A stretch of DNA of 54,622 nucleotides from a virus (lineage: Duplodnaviria > Caudoviricetes). Under the pieces are notes generated by a model, which had not been told where the DNA came from, searched no databases, and saw nothing but the letters and a program-made list of their open reading frames with translations. Below are positions 28,286 to 38,022 of this stretch, piece by piece. Every line of letters starts with the position of its first letter. Position 1 is the stretch's first letter. The position numbers were made by a program, and so were the translations under genes. Location of the stretch: positions 1-54,622 of IMG/VR virus record IMGVR_UViG_3300017751_000023. One strand, 5' to 3'.

Positions 28286-28713
28286 TATGCTAAGTCTCCG
28301 TGTAAGGTCATGCCATATTCCGTGTCCTCTTGACCTGTGCTTCCTGTGTCATTTGTAACAAACTTACAAGCAGTTGTGCTTGTCATAGAAACTCCTCCAG
28401 TACCTGATATCTGTGCCGTACCACTTTGATAAGATGTGACTCCTGTTACTTGAAAAGCACTTGCCATAGCATTTGTAATATTTACAGAGCTTATACCTGC
28501 ACTTGTATCTGTAAGTGAAGCTGTATTGAATCCATTGTCTATGGCATTATCCGTTTTGTGGTCAACCCATGCAAAAGCTTTTGCCAAACCCTGTTGTAAA
28601 TTAGTAGTGGTTGCACTTCCTTCACCACGAATAGTTACCTGACCAGAGGTGTCAATAGCCATACTCGTAGTATTATTCGTATGCTTTATATTTTGTACTA
28701 GAAGATTGCTCAT
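28285..28713 (-). CDS. Tail cassette paralogue 1 (GDLA family)
   Basis: GEGSATTTNLQQGLAK...FNTASLTD...HGDLA. Confidence 0.8.
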   Translation of the reverse strand: MSNLLVQNIKHTNNTTSMAIDTSGQVTIRGEGSATTTNLQQGLAKAFAWVDHKTDNAIDNGFNTASLTDTSAGISSVNITNAMASAFQVTGVTSYQSGTAQISGTGGVSMTSTTACKFVTNDTGSTGQEDTEYGMTLHGDLA

Positions 28714-29159
28714 AGTATTGCTACGTTCCCTCCTGATTCTATTGTCAGCGTAGACCCACTTGCTATTGTCAAAGGTCCTGTAACATTTGCGTTTTCTGTA
28801 GCTGCGATTGTTACATCACTATCCATTGACTGTGCGTTAGTTCTGAACATACCACCATGTTTGAAGTTACCCTTGTTGGCTTCAGGTACTGTGACACCTG
28901 TATCCATTACACCAAGGTAATTTACAAAGATATTACCTGTTCCTGATGAAGGTGCTGCACTAAAGGTCAGTGTTGTACCGTCAGGGATTGTATAAGCACT
29001 GCTGTCCTGCACTACACCGTCTACAGATACTAAAACATCCTGAACATTAGAGATGGTCTGTGACAGCGTAAATGTGGTGTCAGAGCCATCACCGTTAAAC
29101 CTCTGTACGGAGGGTATAGCATGAAAGCCTGACTGTACTTGATTACCTACTAAGGGCAT
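28710..29159 (-). CDS. Tail fibre adaptor-type protein A
   Basis: FNGDGSDTTFTL, VSVDGVVQ, LTFSAAP; C-terminal FRTN...NA..GPLTI. Confidence 0.75.
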   Translation of the reverse strand: MPLVGNQVQSGFHAIPSVQRFNGDGSDTTFTLSQTISNVQDVLVSVDGVVQDSSAYTIPDGTTLTFSAAPSSGTGNIFVNYLGVMDTGVTVPEANKGNFKHGGMFRTNAQSMDSDVTIAATENANVTGPLTIASGSTLTIESGGNVAIL

Positions 29160-29545
29160 TAGGTTATCTCCATGATGCTTAGTGTACCTGACAGTTTATC
29201 TGCGACAGAACAGTCTATCGTAATCTGGTCAGTGCTTTCTAATACCACCTTGTTTCCTGCCATAAGTTCTAATGAACTACCTACAGGTATAGGTGCATCT
29301 TTTATTATGATACTTGTACCATTTGCTACGGTATTTGCACCTGAACTTAATGCTCCACCCCTTGCAGCTGTGTCACTTACTAACCTTACTGTTGCTGTAA
29401 CTTGTGATGTATGTATATTACTCAGTATTAATCCTAATACAACAGTTGTTGTAGTTGTAGCACTTGGTGCTGTATACATCACATACGGAGTACCACTTGC
29501 GTTTGGCTCTGCTGCAAAATTTACAACTTTAAATGTGTTTGCCAT
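29159..29545 (-). CDS. Small beta-rich tail protein
   Basis: MANTFK...YTAPS..T.VLGL..SN...KVVL...LSIMEIT. Confidence 0.75.
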   Translation of the reverse strand: MANTFKVVNFAAEPNASGTPYVMYTAPSATTTTTVVLGLILSNIHTSQVTATVRLVSDTAARGGALSSGANTVANGTSIIIKDAPIPVGSSLELMAGNKVVLESTDQITIDCSVADKLSGTLSIMEIT

Positions 29546-29559
29546 ATTTTTCTCCTATA

Positions 29560-32500
29560 TCAACCCAAGGCGATGGCTAATGCCGTGGCTTCGTTAGCTA
29601 TAACTGTAGCTAGTGCTGTTCCATTTACTGTTATTGCGTCTGCTTCAAGTGTACCGTCAATGTCGGCATCACCTGATATATCAAGTGTGGCAGCGTCTAG
29701 TTCGCCACTAATAGTAATATTTCTACCACCACTGATGTCTTTATTTGAGTCTGTTATGATAGCTTTACTAGCTATTACTGTTCCGTTTGTAATACCATCT
29801 ATAAGATTAATATCTGCAGCACTTGCTGTAATAGATGTACCTGCTATTTGTAGCGTAGTAGCATTTACTTCACCTGAGCTACCGTAGATTACGGCTTTAT
29901 TGTTTACTATTGTACCAGAAGATGAACCATCTGTCAAGTTTAATTCTGCACCTGTTGCAGTTATTGCTGTTCCTGCGTAGTTTAAGTTAGCTGCAGCTAT
30001 GTTTACTTCTCCTGTTCCCTTAGGAGAAATGTCAATGTCTATATTAGTGTCATCACCAGATGCTCCTACTACTATTGAACCACCTGTAGCAGAGTTTGTA
30101 ACCTCTAGCTGATTGACTGCAGAAGATGCTGTCTGTAGCATAATAAGTTCATTGCCGTTAGCGTCAGCAATAAACCCACCATCTGCAAACTTAGGAGCAG
30201 TAAGAGTCTTGTTTGTTAGTGTCTTAGTTGTACCTGCAAAGTAAGTGTCTACTAGGTCTACATCAAAATACTTTGCAGCAGTAGCTGAGGTATCAAACAT
30301 AAGCATACCATCGTTATTGGCAACGGCTGTGCTTGTGTCTACACTTATAGCAGAATTATCAGCAACAGTGTTGAGTTCAGCACCTGTAGCATTTAACCCA
30401 GTTACATTTCTGTTATCATCTACATATGTCTTAATTGCCTTAGCTGACGCAAGTGTATCATCGCTACCTGATACTGAGCTTATGTCTGTGTCTATAGATG
30501 CTATACCATCTAATACGTTTAGTTCAGCAGCAGTTGATGTGACGTTTGTCCCACCTATGTCTAGTGTGGTTACAGATATTTCTCCTGCTACTGTGACAAG
30601 ACCGTTAGCTACTGTAATTAAATCAGTATCGTCTGTATGTCCTATCGTAGAACCGTTGATTAATACATCGTCTATATCAAGTGAGCCACCTGTAATTAGA
30701 CCTGTAGTTGTTATTGCAGAAGAACCTGTGTCTATTGTGCCAAAGCCAGAGGTAATACTACCTGAGTTCAATGCACCTACTGTAGTTACATTTGACAGTG
30801 TATCTAATGCTGACTCAAAGTATGTCTCAAAGTCAGTCAGTGCTACCTGCACCATTGTTCCGTTATCGTTTACAACAACTCTGTCAGCGTCAGCTAGTGT
30901 AGTAGAAGTAGCAGAAGTGTCACCATCTACTATGTTTATTTCTGCAGCAGTAGACGTTACTCCATCCAATATATTTAGTTCTGCTGTTGTTGATGTAACA
31001 CCATCTAATAAGTTTAACTCAGCAGGAGTAGATGTGATAGCTGTGTCACTGTCTGCAGCCAATACTGGTAGTGTACCTGACTGATTTGGTAGCTTGATAG
31101 TTCTGTCGGCTGTTGGGTCTGTAATAGTTAGTGTAGTTTCGTGGTCATCGGCTGTAGCACCCTCAAAGACTATAGCATTCTGTGCATTCATAGTTACAGT
31201 ATCTACTACTGTCTGTGTTCCACTTACAGTCAAGTTACCTGCAACAGTAAGATTGTCTCCTATTGTAACTTCTGATGTACCATGTCCTATTGTTATGGCT
31301 GTGCCTGAAATACCTGTACCAATAGATACAGACTCACTACTATTAGCTGTGTCTATTATTAAGTATGCGTCAGAGCCTTGCTTAATTGTAAAGGCTGTTG
31401 CTGAGTTATCGGATACTGCTACATTTATATCTGTTCCGTCTGCACTAATAGAGTCTAGAGCAATGTCACCTACGTTAGTTATAGCATTATCATTAAATGA
31501 TGTAGCACCAAGAGATACTGTGCCTGTAGCCGTGAGGTTACTAGAGCCTACGTCTATGTTACCAAAGCCTGATGATATAGCACCACTGTTTAGTGTACCT
31601 ACAGTTGTAGCTGCAGTAGTCACGAGGTTAGGCATTGCAGTTATTTCATCATCAAAGTAAGCAGCGAGGTCAGTAACAGCAACCTGAACCATAGTGCCAT
31701 TGTCGTTTAGCACCACTCTGTCTGCATCTGCGACAGTAGTAGAGGTAGCCGATGTATCTCCGTCTACTATATTAAGTTCGGCTGTAGTAGATGTAACACC
31801 GTCTATAAGGTTTAACTCAGTTGTAGTTGCTGTAACTCCGTCCATAATATTGAGTTCAGCAGTTGTGGCTGTTACACCGTCAAGTATATTTAATTCAGCT
31901 GCAGTTGAGGTTACGTTAGTGCCACCAATATCAAGTGTAGTCATAGAGACTTCACCTGCTGCAGTAATATTAGCACCACTAAATGTTAGTGCTGTTGTGC
32001 TACCTGATTTTATTATTAAGTTGCCTGAACTATTAGTAAGAGCAGCGTATTGAGTTCCTCCATCCTTTAGAAGCACATCTGCTCCATCTGCGTCTAGTAT
32101 TATATCCCCTGCCACATCAATTGTAAGGTCTCCTGAGGACAGGTCAATCTCTGTGCCATCAATGGTTATATTATCGACTACTACCCCTGCATTAGCCGTT
32201 ACAACGCCTGTGACACCCAATGTTCCTGCTACTGCAGCATTCTCATCTACATCAAGTGTATCTACGTGTGCAGTACCGTCAAGATACAGGTCTTTAAACT
32301 CTGTTCCTGACGCACCTAAGTCTATATCATTATCTGTTACTGGAAGTATTGCACCGTCTTGGATTCTTACTTGTTCTACTGCTGAGGAACTAACCTCACT
32401 AAAGAATCCTACACGATTATTGCTAGTGTCTATTACAACTTTGTTTAGTGCGTCTACATCAGCAATTAGTCCTACATACGCACCTTCTGTCGATGAACCA

Positions 32501-32628
32501 TCGTGATTGTGACCACCACTAAAAGCAAAGGCTGTAACAACAGCATTTAATTCAGCGTTAAGTGGTGCAGACTTAACAACTTGACCTGACTGAATATCGG
32601 CTGTATTTGTTCTTGCGTAACCTGCCAT
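29560..32628 (-). CDS. Main tail fibre with TSTAAELNILDGV repeats
   Basis: Follows the nozzle gene; GHNHDG N-terminus, 13-aa tandem repeats, ATALAIALG C-terminus. Confidence 0.85.
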   Translation of the reverse strand: MAGYARTNTADIQSGQVVKSAPLNAELNAVVTAFAFSGGHNHDGSSTEGAYVGLIADVDALNKVVIDTSNNRVGFFSEVSSSAVEQVRIQDGAILPVTDNDIDLGASGTEFKDLYLDGTAHVDTLDVDENAAVAGTLGVTGVVTANAGVVVDNITIDGTEIDLSSGDLTIDVAGDIILDADGADVLLKDGGTQYAALTNSSGNLIIKSGSTTALTFSGANITAAGEVSMTTLDIGGTNVTSTAAELNILDGVTATTAELNIMDGVTATTTELNLIDGVTSTTAELNIVDGDTSATSTTVADADRVVLNDNGTMVQVAVTDLAAYFDDEITAMPNLVTTAATTVGTLNSGAISSGFGNIDVGSSNLTATGTVSLGATSFNDNAITNVGDIALDSISADGTDINVAVSDNSATAFTIKQGSDAYLIIDTANSSESVSIGTGISGTAITIGHGTSEVTIGDNLTVAGNLTVSGTQTVVDTVTMNAQNAIVFEGATADDHETTLTITDPTADRTIKLPNQSGTLPVLAADSDTAITSTPAELNLLDGVTSTTAELNILDGVTSTAAEINIVDGDTSATSTTLADADRVVVNDNGTMVQVALTDFETYFESALDTLSNVTTVGALNSGSITSGFGTIDTGSSAITTTGLITGGSLDIDDVLINGSTIGHTDDTDLITVANGLVTVAGEISVTTLDIGGTNVTSTAAELNVLDGIASIDTDISSVSGSDDTLASAKAIKTYVDDNRNVTGLNATGAELNTVADNSAISVDTSTAVANNDGMLMFDTSATAAKYFDVDLVDTYFAGTTKTLTNKTLTAPKFADGGFIADANGNELIMLQTASSAVNQLEVTNSATGGSIVVGASGDDTNIDIDISPKGTGEVNIAAANLNYAGTAITATGAELNLTDGSSSGTIVNNKAVIYGSSGEVNATTLQIAGTSITASAADINLIDGITNGTVIASKAIITDSNKDISGGRNITISGELDAATLDISGDADIDGTLEADAITVNGTALATVIANEATALAIALG

Positions 32629-34415
32629 TACCTTACATCTCCTAGTCCGTGTGTTATTGTAAACCCTTGAATACTGTGTGACTCGTTTGTATCATCTGTC
32701 ACAAATGTCAAGGCTATTGCTTTACCTGAGCCTGAGAATGTAACTGATTCAACTGGTGATGGATTACCATCAAATATATCTGTTGTGTCAAATACAGCTA
32801 CATTTGTACCTCTATCAAAAAATGCTCCGGGACTTGTTGTTGATAGAGTTAAGTTGTCTGGTGTAGATATGTCTGTATTATCATAGTCGTAGGTTATAGA
32901 CAAAGCTACTGAAAAGTTTCCCTCTGCACTCATATATGTTGATGTGCTGTAGAATGTTTTTCTTTGCTCAGGATTTCCCATATAAATAAATGGAGTTTTA
33001 AATATACTCAGGATGTTACTTGAATCAAAAGAATTACCTGACTCCTGCTGAAAAACTTTACCACTTGATGCACCGTGTAATACAAACTCCTCTTGCTCTA
33101 TGTACCCACTGTCTGCACATGTACACTCTAATCCAAACGTCTGTGCAAACTCAAATCCTATATTACCCTGAGTCTCTCTTAATGCTCCTAGTATTCCTTG
33201 TGAAGAAGAAGTAGAAAACATGTACCTAAACTGTGATTTACTTCTTATTATTACTGACGATAGTGCATCTAAGTCTTCTGATGCTATCACATTTCTTACA
33301 GTGGACTGTATATTTTTAGATAAAGTTTCAAGGTTAACATCACCAATCTTGTTTGTACCACCAATAGGTCTTATACCGTCAGGTGCAAGGAATAGTAAAT
33401 CTCCCCCTAGTTCTATCACACTATCAGTAGAAAGGCAACCTAAATTTGAAGTAACTGACTCTAATACAAAGTTAGCTGAATTATCTCCTACAAGTCTCTT
33501 AATATTATTCTTGCCAAATATAAATAATACATTACGAAACTTCTTAATTGCTACTATCGCAAACCCTACGTTTATAACCCCACCACCATTTGCAGGACTA
33601 AAATCTGTCTCTGCTGTTGGTGCAGAGAAAAACAAATTACTTGGCTGTGCAGGGTCTCCTGCTAGAAACAAATGGTTCTGAAACTCTGCTCCTATCTTAG
33701 GGTCTGTTGGTGCATTTGAGTCTGTTATCTGCGTATATGTTGACCCATCGTAAGTGGCTGCAGGGTTTATACCGTCTGTTAATACTACCTTAGGTGTACC
33801 AAAGTTTATCTCTGTAAACCTGACCTTGCTTACACCTGTCATTGTAGGTGAGCCACTTGTTGATACGGCTGTCCACCCTATAACTGTTGGAGTAGAAGTA
33901 ACTGTTGTTGTAGCTGATGATGTACCACCTGTTAAAACATTGTCTGTATCAAATACAGAACTAGGCAGTCTACCAAAGTTTATTGTTAAAGAAGCAGAAG
34001 CTTTGGCTATTACAGTACCTGACACTCCTGTTGCTGTATCATCACTAGAACTTACTACGGCTGTAACTGTTTCTCCTACAGTAAAACTAGAACCTTGTCC
34101 TGATGTAACAACCACTGTGTAATAAAAGTTCCAGTGGTGTAGATAATTATTACCTGATGATGGTGTACGACAAGCAAGTATTCCTTGATTTACACCGTTA
34201 GCAACTGCTATACCTAATACTGACCCTGTGCCTGTAACTGTACCAAAATTATTAGCAAAACCAGTTAGTCTTCTGTAACCACCTTCTAGGTTTGGCTCAT
34301 AGTTTAGTAACTGTATTGCTGAACCGGGACTCTCTTCACCAAGAGATAAAACGTCTGCACCTGTATTTAAACCACCCCTGCAAACGGCTCTAAACGTGGA
34401 GACTGAATCAGCCAT
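32628..34415 (-). CDS. Tail tubular protein B/nozzle-like
   Basis: GGLN, NYEP..GGYRR and beta-propeller-like content; position after the adaptor. Confidence 0.75.
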   Translation of the reverse strand: MADSVSTFRAVCRGGLNTGADVLSLGEESPGSAIQLLNYEPNLEGGYRRLTGFANNFGTVTGTGSVLGIAVANGVNQGILACRTPSSGNNYLHHWNFYYTVVVTSGQGSSFTVGETVTAVVSSSDDTATGVSGTVIAKASASLTINFGRLPSSVFDTDNVLTGGTSSATTTVTSTPTVIGWTAVSTSGSPTMTGVSKVRFTEINFGTPKVVLTDGINPAATYDGSTYTQITDSNAPTDPKIGAEFQNHLFLAGDPAQPSNLFFSAPTAETDFSPANGGGVINVGFAIVAIKKFRNVLFIFGKNNIKRLVGDNSANFVLESVTSNLGCLSTDSVIELGGDLLFLAPDGIRPIGGTNKIGDVNLETLSKNIQSTVRNVIASEDLDALSSVIIRSKSQFRYMFSTSSSQGILGALRETQGNIGFEFAQTFGLECTCADSGYIEQEEFVLHGASSGKVFQQESGNSFDSSNILSIFKTPFIYMGNPEQRKTFYSTSTYMSAEGNFSVALSITYDYDNTDISTPDNLTLSTTSPGAFFDRGTNVAVFDTTDIFDGNPSPVESVTFSGSGKAIALTFVTDDTNESHSIQGFTITHGLGDVR

Positions 34416-35147
34416 CTAACCACTCAGTCTTAACATTTGCGAGGTAAATCTAGGTCTATTTATCATAGAAGACCTAACAGACAATGGGTCATCTAATAAT
34501 AATCTACGCATGGCTTTTATACCTTCTTGAAACTTAGCCTGATGTATTTGTGCAGACTGTTCATTAGACCTAAATCGCATCATATACACCATAGCACCAT
34601 CTATTATTATATACTTAAATCTGTCTGGTATAATCATAGTGTCATCAAAGGCTGATAGGTCAGATGGAAATTTATAGTATACATATTCTATAACATAAGC
34701 TGCGTCAGGTAAAGGTGTTACACCAAACTTTTCTTCTGATGTTTGATAGACTAAATCAGGAGAAGACCTTGCTCCTGTTCCTGAGTTCTCTTCTATAGAC
34801 TTATATGTTCTAACATAGTCTTCAAATGGTATTGTAAAAAGAGAACGAGCAGAATTACCTGCACTTGACAAAGCTTGTAAATAAAAAGTATCCCAATCAA
34901 CACTAGCCATATCAGTAGGTAGGTCATATGTGCCTGTACCTGCTGTTAATGTCTGTGTAGTTGTGGTTTTAAGAAAGGGAAATTGATGACCATCTTGCAG
35001 TATTTCACGTATAGAATTGTTAATAGCATCCTTTGCTATAGCCTGTACGTTTTTGGCAGTGGAAAAGCCTTCACCTGAGGTAGTAAGTGTGACTTCATTC
35101 AACCTACGTAGAAGGTCATTTACGAGTGTAATGTAGGTTGTTGCCAT
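34416..35147 (-). CDS. Tail tubular protein A/head-tail adaptor
   Basis: TYITLVNDLLRRLNEV start; position after the capsid genes. Confidence 0.75.
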   Translation of the reverse strand: MATTYITLVNDLLRRLNEVTLTTSGEGFSTAKNVQAIAKDAINNSIREILQDGHQFPFLKTTTTQTLTAGTGTYDLPTDMASVDWDTFYLQALSSAGNSARSLFTIPFEDYVRTYKSIEENSGTGARSSPDLVYQTSEEKFGVTPLPDAAYVIEYVYYKFPSDLSAFDDTMIIPDRFKYIIIDGAMVYMMRFRSNEQSAQIHQAKFQEGIKAMRRLLLDDPLSVRSSMINRPRFTSQMLRLSG

Positions 35148-35170
35148 TGTATGCCTTTGTTATATAGATA

Positions 35171-35194
35171 GAGGAGCAAGTTTCCCTGCTCCCC
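35171..35194 (-). terminator. Probable partial intrinsic terminator after the capsid genes
   Basis: GGGGAGCAGG-GAAA-CTTGCTCCTC stem with G-U pairs valid on the - strand; weak U-tract. Confidence 0.65.
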
Positions 35195-35209
35195 ATTTAT
35201 TAAATAGAC

Positions 35210-35764
35210 TTATACGTTGTCTCTGGCAGCGACAGCAGCTTCACGATGAGCAGCTGAAATGTCAGCGATAACAGCAAACACTCGTAACCTTCCAGTAGCT
35301 GCGGCAGCTCCTGCAATAGTTACATCAATAGTGTCGGCAGCCGTAACAGTCACTGGTGCAGTATTTGCATCGGCAGGAATAGTCTCACCGATTAAGTTTG
35401 CAGCACCTGTACTAACAATGTTAGTTTGACCGTTAGAACCTGCTGTTAAGTATGTACCTGCAGCAACGGCAAGTGAATCACCGTCAACGATGTCATCACC
35501 ACCTGCAAAGTCAATGTCAGCAGTACATGAAGCAGTAAACTGTTTCATTACTTCAGCACCTGCACAAAGAACAACAGACTCAGAAGGAACTTCAAGCAGT
35601 TGGAAAACATCTCCATCTGCTATAGTAGCACCTGCTGCAATCATTGCGTCAATGTCCAAGATTGCTTCGATTGTTTTGACAGGATGTCCAACGACAGTAG
35701 GAACTGCTAAAACATCTGCTCCTACACCTGCAGTAGCTTTTGCAGTTAAATCAAAAGTAGCCAT
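35210..35764 (-). CDS. Capsid decoration/minor capsid protein
   Basis: Ala-rich beta protein directly after the MCP with a strong GGAGG RBS. Confidence 0.65.
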   Translation of the reverse strand: MATFDLTAKATAGVGADVLAVPTVVGHPVKTIEAILDIDAMIAAGATIADGDVFQLLEVPSESVVLCAGAEVMKQFTASCTADIDFAGGDDIVDGDSLAVAAGTYLTAGSNGQTNIVSTGAANLIGETIPADANTAPVTVTAADTIDVTIAGAAAATGRLRVFAVIADISAAHREAAVAARDNV

Positions 35765-35778
35765 AGTTTTATCCTCCC

Positions 35779-36852
35779 TTAACCTGCGTTATATTTAGCA
35801 GTCACGATAGCTTCTGGTCGAAGTATCTTTCTGCCGTATAGGTGCATACCACGTACAATGTCTGCAAATGAGTCAGGGTCACGGTATGTTTCAGTTTTGC
35901 TGAGTTGTTCAGCCGTTGCAATCGCAGAGCCATGTCCTGCAACAATCGCTCCATAGTTGGAGTTCTGGTTTGCAGTACCTGAAGTACCCGGACCAGTTCC
36001 GACTGATGGCAGATTGCTTGAGACATAGAGTCTGAATCCTGCAAGGTTGTTAAGAACAAGACCATTTTGCAATTGTCCTGCTCCACCAAAATCAGCGTTC
36101 ATTAGCTTAGAGTTCTCATCTCCAAGTAGTTCCATAAACACAGGGTCTACTACTAGCCACCTGTCTTGTGTATCTACTTGCTGTTGATTCAACAGTCTAG
36201 CCATACGATTTACCACAACCATTGGTGTAACAGATGCAGTGCCTACTGAAGTAGCTCCACCTGTTAGGTTAACTACAGGAATAGAGTGGTCTCCTGCAGA
36301 TGAAGTTGTGATGCTTCCGAAAGAACTCTTGATGAGTTTCATTGAAGTAAGAAGCTCATCTGACCCTGCACTAGTGATAGACTTGCTACCATTAACTTGG
36401 TCATTCACAGTATCAGCTTTAGAGTGTAAAGAAGACTGCTTGTAACCTGCAAGATAACCAAGAACTTCTTGGTCATACTGGTCAGCTAAACGGTATGCAG
36501 CTCTGTCAGTCGCAAGTTGCATAAAGTTTATATGAGAGTGGGCTTCCTCAATGTCATCCATTTTAAAAGCGTAGTAGTTAGCCTTGTCAACAACAAGCTG
36601 AAAGTCATCGTCTTCAAGGTCTTGTGCAGTAACCTGAGTACCTCTGGCATATGCACTTACTGAGATTTCAGGCTCTTTGATAATCCTGACAGTATCGCCT
36701 TGTCCAGATATCTCACCGAAATAATCAGAGTTAGTTATGTCTCCAACAACAGTTGACTTACGAAATGCAAGCTGTACCTGTTTGGAATAGATTATTGGCG
36801 AAAAATTACCATTAGGTAAATTGCCATAACCTGAAGCAGTTTGAAAAGCCAT
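35779..36852 (-). CDS. Major capsid protein
   Basis: NFSPIIYSK, Y.GEI...GDTV.I, RWLVVDP, F.DIVRGMHLYG.K..RPE; AGGAGG RBS. Confidence 0.9.
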   Translation of the reverse strand: MAFQTASGYGNLPNGNFSPIIYSKQVQLAFRKSTVVGDITNSDYFGEISGQGDTVRIIKEPEISVSAYARGTQVTAQDLEDDDFQLVVDKANYYAFKMDDIEEAHSHINFMQLATDRAAYRLADQYDQEVLGYLAGYKQSSLHSKADTVNDQVNGSKSITSAGSDELLTSMKLIKSSFGSITTSSAGDHSIPVVNLTGGATSVGTASVTPMVVVNRMARLLNQQQVDTQDRWLVVDPVFMELLGDENSKLMNADFGGAGQLQNGLVLNNLAGFRLYVSSNLPSVGTGPGTSGTANQNSNYGAIVAGHGSAIATAEQLSKTETYRDPDSFADIVRGMHLYGRKILRPEAIVTAKYNAG

Positions 36853-37054
36853 AGTTAAATCCTCCTATAATTGGCTTAATGAAAAGCTAAACTATCGTAG
36901 GAAGAGGTTATATTTTCTAGAGTGCATATAGTTATTTAGCAGCTAACTTCCTAACCTATGGGTCTATACTTATATAAGTAGTCTTTACTCGTTTAAACTT
37001 CGTAATTTACTAGAACACAAAGGTAGTCAAAAAGAGGCTTTATGTTCTAGGGTA

Positions 37055-37082
37055 GTTATATTAATAAAATGTTTTTTGTCAA
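37055..37082 (-). promoter_or_regulatory. Sigma70 promoter for the capsid gene
   Basis: TTGACA (37082-37077), 16 nt, TATAAC (37060-37055). Confidence 0.8.
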
Positions 37083-37086
37083 CACT

Positions 37087-37989
37087 TTATCTTCTATTTC
37101 CTGATACATCATAAATAAATTTACCAGAACGCATTGCTGTTTGTATTTTATCCTGATTTGCTTCATACTGTTTATCAGACATTTTAGCTACATCAGACTC
37201 TTTAATGCTGTCTGCTATTTCTTCAGCATCTACTTTAGTTCTAGAAGTTTTATTTACAAGAGAAGCAGCAGCTTTAGTCTTGTTTTTCTTGTCACCTGCT
37301 GTTAAACCTTTATCAATCTTATACAAATCAAGAACACGAATAACAGATTTAGCATCGTCAGTATTTTCGTAAAGAGCATTTTGTACCCATTTAGGTTGCT
37401 CCTCTACCCACTCGTGAAACTCGTCAGACTCACGTAGTTTGTCAAAGTCTTTGTGAGTTTCTTTAATTTCATTCTCGGCTGTTCTACGAGTCGTTTCTTC
37501 TTTAGCCTTGCTAAGTTCCTCTATTTGAATATTAGCTTTATCAAACATTTGTTTAGCTTTTTTCTCAGCTATTGTTTCTACAATACCTGCAACATCAGGA
37601 TATTTTTCTGCCCAAGACGCAATGTCTTCATCAGACTTAGGTGGCACAAGCTTTTCAGTGTTAGATAGTTTATTCTCTAACTCTTTTATTCTAGCGTTAT
37701 ACTCCTTCTCCTTTGACGCAAGATGTCTTCGAACATCCCCATATCTCGTCTTGAAAGATTTTTCCTCTTTACTGAGAGTCTCGTCAGATACCTCTGCTTC
37801 CTTTCCCTCTTCAGGAGGAGACACATCTTGGCTCTCCTCAGGGTTTTCTTGAACCCCTTCTCCTTGGCTCTCTGCAAGGAGTTCTTTAAGTTCCTGCTCC
37901 TCCTTAGCAATCTTGTCCTTGTACTTTGAACGAGTCCGACTTACAAATCCTGCAGTCTTCTGTGGTTCTACTGTTTCTAATTCTGGCAT
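37087..37989 (-). CDS. Capsid scaffolding protein
   Basis: Acidic coiled-coil; FKTRYGDVRRH, W..KYPDV, F..WV..QP; located upstream of the MCP. Confidence 0.8.
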   Translation of the reverse strand: MPELETVEPQKTAGFVSRTRSKYKDKIAKEEQELKELLAESQGEGVQENPEESQDVSPPEEGKEAEVSDETLSKEEKSFKTRYGDVRRHLASKEKEYNARIKELENKLSNTEKLVPPKSDEDIASWAEKYPDVAGIVETIAEKKAKQMFDKANIQIEELSKAKEETTRRTAENEIKETHKDFDKLRESDEFHEWVEEQPKWVQNALYENTDDAKSVIRVLDLYKIDKGLTAGDKKNKTKAAASLVNKTSRTKVDAEEIADSIKESDVAKMSDKQYEANQDKIQTAMRSGKFIYDVSGNRR

Positions 37990-38022
37990 ATTTTTCTCCT
38001 GTTATTGGGGTTGACATGATTG

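Noticed and set aside
22074-29159. Diversity-generating retroelement or invertase shufflon acting on tail genes
   Set aside because: No reverse transcriptase, no near-identical TR/VR pair with adenine-specific differences, and all cassettes are in the same orientation.
29172-34122. Long + strand ORFs antisense to tail genes (e.g. 30245-31084)
   Set aside because: Shadow ORFs expected from Thr/Ala/Ser/Asp-rich codon usage; no RBS and low-complexity translations.
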